Assembly (NCBI RefSeq): GCF_006345805.1
Contig: NW_021835661.1
Location: 1 to 25,901, forward strand
Source of the DNA: Octopus sinensis
Taxonomy: Eukaryota
Direction: 5' to 3'
DNA length: 25,901 bases
Part shown: positions 12,910-23,471 of the stretch, in pieces
Layout: the number at the start of each line of letters is the position of its first letter
Position numbering within the stretch: position 1 is the first letter of the stretch
The notes under the pieces: model-generated
What the model saw: only the letters and a program-made list of their open reading frames with translations
Databases searched by the model: none
What the model was told of the DNA's origin: nothing
Program-made: the position numbers and the translations under genes

Positions 12910-13100
12910 GTGAGAATTTAAAAAAAAACAAAAGACGAAGACGGGTGTGTAAACAACAAACAGATGTATTAGTTTAACTCTTGGGAAGTGAGAAAGTCTT
13001 TTATGTTTCGAGCCTACGCTCTTCGACAGAAAGGAACACAGAAATAAACAGGGAGAGAAAATAAAATAAGGAGATAAAAATTTTTAAAAAAAGGTTTAGT
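12910..13100 (-). mobile_element. Penelope-like pLTR relic with a degenerate minimal hammerhead (12998-13033)
   Basis: Minus strand reads cttt CTGTCGA a gagc gtag gctc GAAACAT a aaag. Stems I and II are intact, but the core carries A6>U and an extra A. Confidence 0.5.
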
Positions 13101-13560
13101 GGCTATTCCACTCATGATTAAGTCTACACAGCCAAAACAGCAGTCTTTAACAACGAATAAACGAACCTTAAGTTTTGAGCTTCTCAAATTCCGACCATCA
13201 TTCCATCTCTCATTTTGGTTATTCATCACCTCCAACGTGTCATCTATCAAGGTAGTGTCACTATTTTTCAAAAGTTTAATAACAAGGCTTTAAATTATAA
13301 GCAATATTTTTCATGAATTTAGAACAGCCTAGTGACGAATATTAAGCAACAATCTGTGTGATTTCTATAAACAAAATATGGTTATAAGATACTGCGATCA
13401 AATGTCCTGCCGCCTTCCTACCCGTGAAAATTTGTACAAACCACATGCTCACAAAAACCATTGCAGTTTGTGTGGAGATGCCGATAAGAGGCAAATTTTA
13501 TTTATTTATTTTTGTTTTTTACTGTAGGCCTTGATCATACTCTGCGTCAGTTTATATATA

Positions 13561-13972
13561 TAGTGACAGTGAATTATTATTTCCTTGTTGGTTTTAAATT
13601 GCTGCTAGCCACTTTGATTATTGTACAATTTTCACATTGCCATTTTGCGAAATCAGTCACTGATTCCAATGTTATTCTCCATAATATTGACAGATTGAGT
13701 TGGCCTCTACCAGCTGTGATGGAGCGAGCATTAAAGATGAGTATTAATTTTTCATACGAAATTAGTAATGCTAATCTAATGCAACTCGATCAGAGTGGGG
13801 AGGGTTTTATCCCCCTGTCAATACAAAGAACCCATGTACTTTAGTGGCTAAGGTGTCTACGACTCCTATTTCTAGCAATGCTGGTGCTCACTGTACCCCT
13901 GTCACTCTTAGTGACGGTAAACTGTTTCCTTGTTGGTTTTAAATTGCTGTTAGCCACCTTGATTATTATTAT
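13561..13972 (+). mobile_element. Retrozyme-like unit C (~348-bp period, 1.2 units) with a degenerate hammerhead at 13727-13772
   Basis: A ~60-bp terminal direct repeat starts at 13561 and 13909. The putative ribozyme agcat taaaGATGA gtat..atac GAAA ttagt a atgct is enclosed by tattgacag/ctgtcaata (13685/13815). The unit lies between a short (TA)n and an (ATT)n tract. Confidence 0.55.
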
Positions 13973-13986
13973 TGTTGTTGTTGCTG

Positions 13987-14037
<51 letters not shown>

Positions 14038-14048
14038 GATATGTATGC

Positions 14049-14084
<36 letters not shown>

Positions 14085-14085
14085 A
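13965..14085. repeat. (ATT)n/(GTT)n and (GT)n microsatellites
   Basis: Read directly from the sequence. Confidence 0.95.
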
Positions 14086-16038
14086 GAAAATTTTAAGTTT
14101 TTAACTTTGCAATTATATCTCTACAATTTAAAATTTTAAAATTACAGATTGCTTAAGAATGTCCTCTGGGTGGCGACCACCGCGGACAGCTGGTTGACCC
14201 ACAACAAGCCCTACCTTTGAATGACAGTACACCGGCTGGACCCCAAGACCCTGCTCAGAGGACATCACACCTTTGATGTTCTCGCCCAGGCCATGGTAGA
14301 TATCCATTACGAGTTCCATCTGCAAGACAAGGTGACTAGGACCGCGACAGCGGCAAAAACTTTGTTAATGTATTTATGCAGCTTGCTAGACATTCTTGAG
14401 GTTAATGCCGATCCGGACGTGAAGGGCGTCGAGGATGTGAACCTGGACGTGGATCCCAAGACTGGGGATGTGGACGAAGTTGAGTACGTCTCTGTTGATG
14501 TTATCTTTGACAAGTCCAGAGGCCTGGGCTTTCAAGTACAACTCCCAGTGCACATGAAGTTCGCAGCCCATACCATCAACTTGGTAGCCAGCGTGGATGC
14601 CGACAAGGTTTTTGACAGCGCTTCGGCCTACAGGAAGGCCATGTCCAAGGCACAGTGGCTGTGGAATCTGTAGAGCCACAGGAACAGTGGCGGCAGACAA
14701 CATTCTGGACGCGTTGAAGAGAAGGCTGATTGTTCCCAACAGTATCAGATGGCTCTATCTATGACTCTGCTGTTGTCCTCAACAACTTATTGAAGAAGAA
14801 TAGGGGAGCTGTCCACAGGGTGATGGCACAACTGAAGCTGCAGTCCTACATTGATTCTGATGTCGGCTTCCTAACAGAGTACGGCCAGGTGATTTCTAAT
14901 GTTGCCATGACCTTGAATAAAATCCAGTGGGAGGACCAAGCTTATTTCGGCAGCTTTCTATCAACTGTAGCGATTACCGTCTTGAAGCTGAAGGAGGCCA
15001 AGTTGAAACATCTCCTGTACTGAAGTCCTCTAGTAGATGCAATACTGGCAGGCATCCCGAGAAGGTTTGAACTCCTCCTAGGAGACCTGGAGTGGCAGCT
15101 GGCCGCCGCCTTCGACCCCAAGTTTCACCTGTTCTGGCTGGAGCAGCATAATAACAGCCAGATTAGCTGAGTGACGAACGCCATGGAGACCGTCGTAGAG
15201 ACAGCCCTAATGGAGACCAAAGAGGAGGGCAGGAGCACCACTAGCAATGAGGATGAGGAAAATGATTTCTTCAGCAATATCACTCGGTTCCGATAGAGCA
15301 GGAGCTACAGGTCACTGAAATATAAGGCGCAGAACTTGGTGAAGACCTGGCTGGAGCCCGTCTTGAAGGAGGTCCTGACTGAAGTCGCCTTTTTGGATGA
15401 ATAGGGCTTGATCAACCTGTTCACCAAGTATAACACCGCCATTCCATCCAGAGCTGCAGTTGAGCGCCTATTCTCTATAGGCAAAGATATTTTGAGGGCC
15501 AAGAGAGTCAGATGGTAACTTTAAGAGGCTGATGTTTATGAAGAACAACCAGCATCATATAAAGGCAATGGAGAAGGCCTAGTCAGATTAGTACACCTTA
15601 ATCATCATCAGATCTTGGCATGATACCTATGCTATACTATACCTTTATGATTCATCTAATACTTTCTGTACAGTAAATAAGGTGTATGTTGAACAAAAAG
15701 CTAATGATTAATTTCATTTGTTCATTTAATTATTTATGTACACCTTGATCGTCATCTGATCTTGGCATACTGTACCTTTTTGGAAAGCTCTATGTCTAAG
15801 CTACATGAAAGTTTCAGTTCTCTACGTCTGTTTTTAGGGGTTTTAGAGCAAAAAAAAAAAAAAAACAAAACTGAAACTAAATTCATATGACAGAAGTTAG
15901 CGGCTATCATTTAGCGTTAGCTTCCAGTAATCATTTTTTTTTTTTTTACCTTTTTAACGGTTTAGCGTTCGGAAAGCTAACCCTTTTAGTTAGTAGATTA
16001 ATAATGAGGCTAACTTTTTCGTTAGCTGTACCCACCAC

Positions 16039-16095
<57 letters not shown>

Positions 16096-16096
<1 letters not shown>

Positions 16097-16250
16097 GGCG
16101 CAGGAGTGGCTGTGTTGTAAGAAACGTGCTTCCCAACTACATGGTTCCGGGTTCAGTCCCACTGCATGGTACCTTGAGCAAGTGTATTCTACTATAGCCC
16201 TCGGGCCGATCAAGGCCTTGCGAATGGTAGACTGAAACTGAAAGAAGCCC
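16096..16250 (+). mobile_element. tRNA-derived SINE (second family)
   Basis: A-box-like tggctgtgttgtaag, B-box-like ggttcagtccc and central ccttgagcaagtgt..., followed by a (TATG)n tract. Confidence 0.85.
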
Positions 16251-16254
16251 ATAG

Positions 16255-16256
<2 letters not shown>

Positions 16257-16286
<30 letters not shown>

Positions 16287-16470
16287 TGTATGTATGTATG
16301 TATGTATGTATGTATGTATGTATGTTTGTATGTATGCATGTATGCATGTATGCATGTATGCATGTATGTATGTATGTATGTATGTATGTATGTATGTATG
16401 TATGTATGTACGGATGGATGGATGGATGGATGGATGGATGGATGGATTTATATATGTATGTATGTATATA
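16257..16470. repeat. (TATG)n/(GATG)n microsatellite
   Basis: Read directly from the sequence. Confidence 0.95.
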
Positions 16471-16479
16471 TATATAGTT

Positions 16480-16660
16480 AATCCAAACAAGAAAACAAAA
16501 ACACAACAACGCAAGGACGTGGAACAAATAAAGTATTATTGGACGCTCAGGAAAGAAGGGAAGAAGGTGGGTTTGACGTTTCGAGCGGAGCTCTTCGTCG
16601 GAAACATAGGAGAAGGAAAGATCCCGAGAAGGGAAGACAGGGGAAAAAATCGCTAGTGGT
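16480..16660 (-). mobile_element. Penelope-like pLTR relic with a degenerate minimal hammerhead (16571-16605)
   Basis: Minus strand reads gttt CCGACGA a gagc tcc gctc GAAACGT c aaac, with an ACGT palindromic stem III and a U4>C change in the core. Confidence 0.5.
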
Positions 16661-16702
16661 ACAGACGAGGTCACATACTGAAATATATATATATATTATA
16701 TA

Positions 16703-17077
16703 TCTCTCTATATATAAACGGCAGTTTGTCTGTGCGTGTTTCTGTGTGTGTCTGTTTGCTTGTACCCTCACCCTGACCACGGCTTTCAACCGATTTCTGA
16801 TGAAACTTGACACACACATAGCCCAATGTCGTAATTCAAAAACTACGCAGGCGAAAATTTTGAAAAGTTCCCCCAGTTCTGAAAAAAATCGATAAATTCG
16901 ACATGGGGTCGAGAATCAGAAACACAAACCACAAACTGTCTAGGGGACGCAACTCCACCTTTTTAAATCTCAAAAAAAAATTTACCATCATTTTTTTCCA
17001 TTTTTTGGCTATAAATCTCTAAACTGCTTTATAGTTATTTCCCTACAAACCTGAGCAACGCCGGGCGATACTGCTAG
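16703..17077 (+). mobile_element. Non-autonomous Helitron, 375 bp
   Basis: 5' TC preceded by A, 3' CTAG followed by T, and a subterminal GC-rich hairpin cctgagcaacgccggg about 9 nt upstream of CTAG. No TSD. Confidence 0.8.
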
Positions 17078-17698
17078 TATTATATATATATTATATATAT
17101 ATATATAATATATATATTATATATATATATATAATTAAGATTCAGTTGAATTAGGTACTTAAATGAGGCACTTTGCTAGTTCGGTATAGTCCGCACACCT
17201 CAACAATAAATATCATTTGAATATTGAATATGAAGACTTCCTTGTTCCTAATATTCTGTCGTGTGTGCAGACAACTCACCCCAACTAAGTGAAGATATCT
17301 GCTCTTGGTAAATCCGACATGTACTTTTTATATAAAGGTTCTTTCTATAGTATTTCCGAAGTGCAGATTCCAAGTTAGGTGAAGGGAATATAAATAAGTA
17401 ACGAAGATGTACAGGTGTCAATTCATTGACACCTGTATATCTTTGCTATATATATATATATATATGTGCGTGTATGCGTGTGCGCGCGTGTCTATCTATC
17501 TATCTATATATATATATATATATATATATATTAATAATTTATCGCCATACTAATATGGCATTCTTATAAAAATAAGAAAAAAGCTGACCGCTTATTAGCT
17601 CCATGAGGCCATCGCCTTAAGTTAGCTATTTGATACAAACTGTATCCATATAACCTTTGAACAAGGGAGGTCAGTCGCTCCACACTACTTGGCCGGCA

Positions 17699-17739
17699 GC
17701 TACAGACGCGTTTCGGGTATTGCCCCTTTTCAATGCAGC
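17699..17739 (-). ncRNA. Hammerhead ribozyme B1
   Basis: Minus strand reads gctgca TTGAAAA gggg caata ccc GAAA cgcGTC tgtagc. It has one C fewer in stem II than the other copies. Confidence 0.8.
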
Positions 17740-18003
17740 GTAGCCAAACCAGTAGGTGTCGCTTCCTAAATCTTTATTATGATTATAAAAATCTTACAGA
17801 GATAGTACATTACAATACAAAACATAATTACAAAAGTTTACGTTGTTCGTTTGATATTTACATATGTTGATTATTGATTATGATACTAGACTTTACTTTT
17901 CTCCTTTTTTTTTTAAATTAAAAATGATTTTGGCCAGCTAGGTATATCACAGTCAGGATTCTTACCCGACAGCCTAAGAGCCCAGAGACTATTTTCTCTC
18001 CCT

Positions 18004-21000
18004 TCATGATGACCAAGCAGGGTTACTCACACCCACCTTTTTTATCACATCCTTCCATCGATTCACATACTTTTTCTGTGTCAGGTTCCTCTTCTCTAAA
18101 TCCATCTTGCTCTTTAGATGGTATCTGAAGTATTTTAACATACCATATCCAGAGACAAAGGTTCCTGACACCAAACCTTCCAATCTAGTTCTCCACACAC
18201 ACTCTTTCAGTACTGCCACCGTACAGTGAAAACAAGCCTCACCTTCCTTTGAGAGTCCAGCTGGCGGTATCATCTTTATTATAGAACCAGCCGATAGCTG
18301 TACTCGTCCCAGATGCGACAACACGTGTTCTACGTAACTTATTAAGCCTGACAGCTCCTGACAATGTACAAAAGCGTGCTGGACGGTTTCATCATCGTCC
18401 AACCCACATCTTGGACATGTCGGTGGCACTGACATTCCATGCCTATATAACTATCGCGAACAGGTAGAGCATTCCTATAGCACTGCCAAGTCAGGGATTT
18501 TTGGTAATTGTCCAATACCCCGGCTTGAAAGTCTTCTTAAACAGGTCGGATAGTTGATCCTCATCGAACCCCAGAGCCCCTCTTAGGACGTCGTCATTTT
18601 TTGCCTCTACCATCCTTCTATAAAATGTCGAGGTGGTATTCCCGCAGCCGGCTTTGCCTATCTTGTGGATCAGCCAGAGTGCCTGTCGGCACTCTTTCTG
18701 CCATAAAGTCAGGTTCCGTCTTTTAATGAAACCGGGTTTAAATCTCTCCATAGAGTCCGGTTGCGGGAAGAAATTATCTGCCAGCGGACTCCACACCTTA
18801 TCACCTTCCAGGTGAAACCAGAGATGTCTCAGTCTCAGCGCATGCCTGCGCATCATTAACCAAGGCATCCCCAGCCCACCCTTTAGTGGTTCCTGGCAAC
18901 ACACGGAGCGCCTTACAAGTGGCTTTCCTCCCTTCCACAAAAAGCGGAAAAGGAGTCGATCCAACTTGCTTAGCCACAAATCGGGGCAAGGCACGACAGT
19001 CAGGCGATAGGTGATTACAGATGCTATAAACACCTGTACCACCTCCGCCCTCCCTTTCAAGGAAGATGCCTTCCGAACCACTCCCGAACTATGGCTTCGA
19101 CCTTGGTCACTACCTCGCTCCAATTTTTCTCCGTCTGGGAGTCTGAACCAAACCAAACTCCAAGCAATTTAACAGGACCATCTGTCCAGTGTCCAACAAC
19201 ACTGGACGATATCGGCTTGTTCCTCCAGGTGCCGAGGCGCAAACCAGTGGACTTGTCCTTGTTAACTTTTGCCCCAGCCACCGCTTCGTATCTTCGGAGA
19301 GCACCTTCTACACGAGTTAGTTGTGCTTCGTTGGACACGATGAAGGTGACGTCATCCGCATACGCAGAAACGACTTACCGCATCCGATTTCATTAGGATT
19401 GCATCTCACCGTCTCCAACTTCCGCAGCAATGGCTCAAGAGCCAAAACGTACAGGAGAGGGGACAGGGACATCCTTGACGAACTGAACGCTTAATCGAAA
19501 ACGGTTCCGTTAAGTAACCGTTTATCTGGACTGTGGACTTGATACCGCTGTACATAGCTGATATCCACCCGCGAAAGTCAGGACCTAGCCCAGCCGCTTC
19601 GAGAACCGTCGCCAGGTACTGATGATCTACCCTATCAAATGCTTTACTTTGGTCTAAATGGACCAATGCCCCTCCTTTGCCGGCTAATTGCCCAACCCTG
19701 TCTATAGTGTAGCGTAGAAGGTGAAGATTATCTTCGATCGACCTGCCTGGGATTGCACATGTCTGTGCCTTTCCGACAAGTTTTTTCCATGACGACCTTC
19801 AACCTTTCTGCTAACACCTTGGCCAAAATCTTTAACTCTACATTAAGTAGAGTTATGGGCCTATAATTACTAATATTATCCCCCTTGCTCGGGTCTTTCT
19901 GGATCAGCGTCACAACTCCCCGCTCACAGAACTGGGAATCCTCCCATTCTGTTGCCAGTTTGCGTAGACGCTTGCCAGTATGTCCCCGAACAAGTCCGGC
20001 ATACAACAATAAAACTCATAGGGCAGACCATCCAGTCCCGGCGACTTTTCCCGGGCGCATTCAGCCAAAACCCCTCTTACCTCCGCGGGAGTAATCGGTC
20101 CTTCACAGCGTTTCCGCTCTGCTTGGCGAGAGCCGAGGCCCACCAGCTAGGAAGTTCTGTAAGTCCTCCCCTCGCTCGAGTGGATCGCCCTCCCCAAACA
20201 ACCGAGCGAAATGCTGTTGAAAGACCTTCTGTATCTCCTCCTGTCCATAGATTTTGCGTCCCTGTTCGTCAGTTAAAGACTTAATAGTGGACTTTTTGCC
20301 CTTCTGACTCTCCACACGACGTGCCCATCCGGCAACATTAATACCTTCTCGTTTCACTGCACGTAGCTTAGCTCTGACTCTACATCCTTCATGCTTGGCA
20401 TTGAGGTGACGGTACAAGATCGTTCTCTCTGCTAACACTCTAGATGCACAGCCAGATCCCATTGCCTCGTCTAAGTTCTTAACTAAATCGCCCTCTATTC
20501 TAGTCCTATCTAAACTTAGCTGGTTGCTAAATCTAATGGACTCCAAACGGATGGCTCTTTTGAGGGCGATCCACCATCTATTATTAATGATGGTTCCACA
20601 TAATGCCCTCTGGACTAATTCCATAATCCGTTACGGAAAGCTTCACAAGCCAAAATAGACTTGTTCATTTTCCAGTATCCGGTCCCTGTCTATGGCATTT
20701 ATCTACATGTACCTCACACGTCACTAATTTGTGATCCGTGTAAGGCACAATACAAAATTGTGGACAGCTAATGCTATTCCTATCTCGTTCTTTAACAAAT
20801 ACCCTATCTATATACGATCTGCGTGAGCCGTCATTGTTACTCCACGTCCACTGTGGAATGCTCGGCTCATCCATTCGAAACCGATCTACTAGATTAAAGC
20901 TCGTCAGTAGACCCTTAAGGCAAGGATTCCCCCTTCTATCAGACGAGCCCACACTATCTATCCGCGCATCGATGATAGTGTTGAAATCCCCTACCAATAC

Positions 21001-21399
21001 TACCGTTTTAGACGTCACTAGAAAGTGCTCCAAGTTCCGATAAAACCAGTCTGCCTACCCTCATTAGGAGCATAAACAGCTACCAACCTGAAGGACTGCT
21101 TACTTACGTGAATTACATCGAGGACAACCAGCCTACCTTCTGGGTCCATAAAGACAGTACTTACCTGTAAGTCCAAGTTCTTCCTGATAAGGACTGCCAC
21201 GCCTGCACTTCCTCCTCGGCTAGGAGAAATAAATTTCTCGTAACCATTGAGAAGATGCGAGAACGCTTGGGTTCCTCTCATCTTGGACTCGGTGACAATG
21301 GCTACATCTATTCTGTGTGTCCTGAGGTCGTCCAGCAAGCAAGCCTGTTTTCCATTTCGACCCCATTCCACGCACATTTATACAGCCCAACTTAATCAT
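18004..21399 (-). pseudogene. Tx1 ORF2: APE endonuclease, reverse transcriptase and C-terminal Cys/His motif (~1130 codons, about 10 frameshifts as assembled)
   Basis: INVRG, VYAPN, VGDFN, SYIDRVF, TDHKLV, GYWKMN, KSPGLDGLPYEFY, NYRPITLLNVELKILAK, DQSKAFDRVDH, VRQGCP, YADD (19351-19362), GAKVNKDKS and CPRC...ETVQHAFVHC. Confidence 0.95.
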
Positions 21400-21422
21400 C
21401 GATGAATGAAGAAGTTTGTTAC

Positions 21423-22908
21423 TTACGGTTGTGAGAGGGAGCATGGCAGCTTTTGTCTGCCTGCTTCCCCCACACTCTCCGTTGTTGCTGGGCATTTAAC
21501 CGGCGTTGCCACCGGGCTCTGGGATGGAGTGGCTGCCGGGCTAATATTCAATTTTCCAGCTATCACCTCTTGTGTGACATCTTTAATCAGGTTGTCCCTC
21601 ACGTGTAGTTGGAAGAGTCTCTCCTTCCATTCCTCCTCTCCAACCTTCGCATACCTCCAATCCGGGTTTTTTTCCGATGGTTTGAAACATTTTATGTTTG
21701 GTTTCGCCTTTATGTACCAAACTACTCTCTCGTTTTTTGTGTTATAAGCAATGCACCTGTCGGTTTTTTTGAATCCTTTTAAAGTTGGGGGCTGGGGTTT
21801 AATGAAATGCTGGCCTACAAAAGTAGTGCCAGCGGGGTGGGATTGGATATTTTTTTGTGTTGTTCTGCTGCGTTTGTTTTTCTTTTTGTTTGGGGTGGGG
21901 AGTCCGGGGTATTGGATTTCTTCCTTTTGTTGGTTACGGTCGTATATTCCATTACTTCCAGTTCTTTTCCATTTGATAATTATTTTCCACCTCGTTTTCG
22001 TTTTCGCTTTGTTTTCCATTCATTTTCTTTTCCTCCTTTTTGACTTTCATTTTGCTTTTTCCGGGTATTCTCTTTTGTTGTTGCTGTGATGTCTGCTTTG
22101 TTCTCCACAGCGGTTTTGAATGGGGGCATTAACGGGTTTTTTTTTTTTTGCACTCTGAGCGGACGTGACCCTTCTGCCCACATTTGAAACATCTGGGCCT
22201 ACGTCCCTCAACCGATACCCGCGCAGTGTGTCCATCCCCCACGAAGACCCTGTCTGGCAAACTCTCCAGCGTTGCATTGTCAGCTTGAACGATCATTTCA
22301 AGCTGCTGACCTTTCCAAAATTTTGCCTCTTTCATCCTCATGTTTAAAATGTTTAATTTCTCTTCTACGTCGAATACGACCGCTGTTGCTGCCCACATTA
22401 CATCGTAACCTGTTGGTATATCCTCTATTGTTATCTTAGCTGTTCTGCGCCCTAAGTACGTGGGCAGCAACAGGATGTCTGCACTCTTCAACGTTTGAGT
22501 TGAAATTTCCTTCGCTATGCTAGCCGACTCGAAATGCGCTTCAATAGTAGCGCTTCTCTCACTCCTCGGCCAACATAGCGAACCTTGTTCCAAATTGGTG
22601 CCATGCACCGTTCTACCAATTCATTTCTTACATCTGCAATCTTTTTTTCCTTAATATTATATACCTTATAAATTACCGTCTTCTCACGGATTGCTTGTAA
22701 GGTGTCAGGGGGCGGTATTATTCTCGTTTCTTCTTCCATTCCTTTGTATGAACTTTCTGAACTTGAAGAGATCCTCCATTGTTACTTCCAGTTCTATAAC
22801 ATTGCCTCCAACGGCTTCCGAAAAACTTTGTTTCTCCTTTGTATCCTTTTGCTTTATAACTTCTCCCATCTCGGGAAAATCAGAATTTGACGTTAAGTCA
22901 AGATCCAT
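21423..22908 (-). pseudogene. Tx1 ORF1 (gag-like, CCHC zinc knuckle), frameshifted as assembled
   Basis: CFKCGQKGHVRSEC (CX2CX4HX4C) followed by a basic, Lys-rich region. Ends 23 nt before the ORF2 ATG. Confidence 0.85.
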
Positions 22909-23430
22909 AATAAATGCAAGTGACTTGTCACAAGAGACAAGATAAAATTAGATCCACACTGAATTAAAGTTCATATATAAAAAGAAATTTTCTACCCCGA
23001 AGGGCGAAAATTACTTTGTTTCACAGTTAATACTCCAAAAATTGTACGTGTAAATCCAGAACAGAACGAACTAACATAACAGCTTACAGCGTAAAATAAT
23101 CCGACGTAATCCAAGAAAAATCAGTAGTTGTCGCTTCCGACAATCTCTGTTCAAAGGTTTTATTTACCTAGCTTCGGTGGAATACATCCACTTGTTTTCA
23201 ATAATAGAAATATTAAAATTACTAAGTCTCTCTAAAAGAGAACAACGGCAGCGTTCCCGGAAAATATTATTTATCGCCATACTAATATGGCATTCTTATA
23301 AAAATAAGAAAAAGCTGACCGCTTATTAGCTCCATGAGGCCATCGCCCAAGTTAGCTATTTGATACACAAACTGTATCCATATAACCTTTGAACAAGGGA
23401 GGTCAGTCGCTCCACACTACTTGGCCGGCA

Positions 23431-23471
23431 GCTACGACGCGTTTCGGGGTATTGCCCCTTTTCAATGCAGC
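23431..23471 (-). ncRNA. Hammerhead ribozyme B2
   Basis: Minus strand reads gctgca TTGAAAA gggg caata cccc GAAA cgcGTC gtagc, with a 1-nt deletion in the stem I 3' strand. Confidence 0.8.

Larger units (their letters stand above)
12053..15582 (+). pseudogene. Two-exon hAT transposase pseudogene (exons 12053-12680 and 14148-15582)
   Basis: BED-type zinc finger (FRCIMC...YNLKSHVKRK), catalytic ATTADSW, FAAHTINLVAS (CxxH-like) and C-terminal dimerisation motif [16 protein letters not shown] intron at 12681-14147 joins the two frames in phase 2. Several stops and frameshifts. Confidence 0.88.
11668..16039 (+). mobile_element. hAT DNA transposon (~4.4 kb including nested insertions)
   Basis: Imperfect TIRs cagtggtgagcac (11668-11680) and gtacccaccacg (16028-16039). 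About 9 left and 7 right subterminal GCTAA/TTAGC motifs. Internal transposase. No clear 8-bp TSD because both flanks are (GT)n. Confidence 0.85.
17767..23121 (-). mobile_element. Full-length L1-clade Tx1-type non-LTR retrotransposon, 5355 bp, with 17-bp TSD
   Basis: ORF1, ORF2, ~210-bp 5' UTR and ~240-bp 3' UTR with AATAAA (plus 17773-17778). TSD cagtag(g/t)tgtcgcttcc at 17750-17766 and 23122-23138. Confidence 0.92.

Noticed and set aside
11660-16047. 8-bp TSD for the large hAT
   Set aside because: The flanks tgtgtgta and cagtgtgt do not match, and both sit in (GT)n, so a TSD cannot be supported.
19091-22347. Plus-strand ORFs overlapping the Tx1 element
   Set aside because: They are antisense shadows of the LINE ORFs with no independent motifs.
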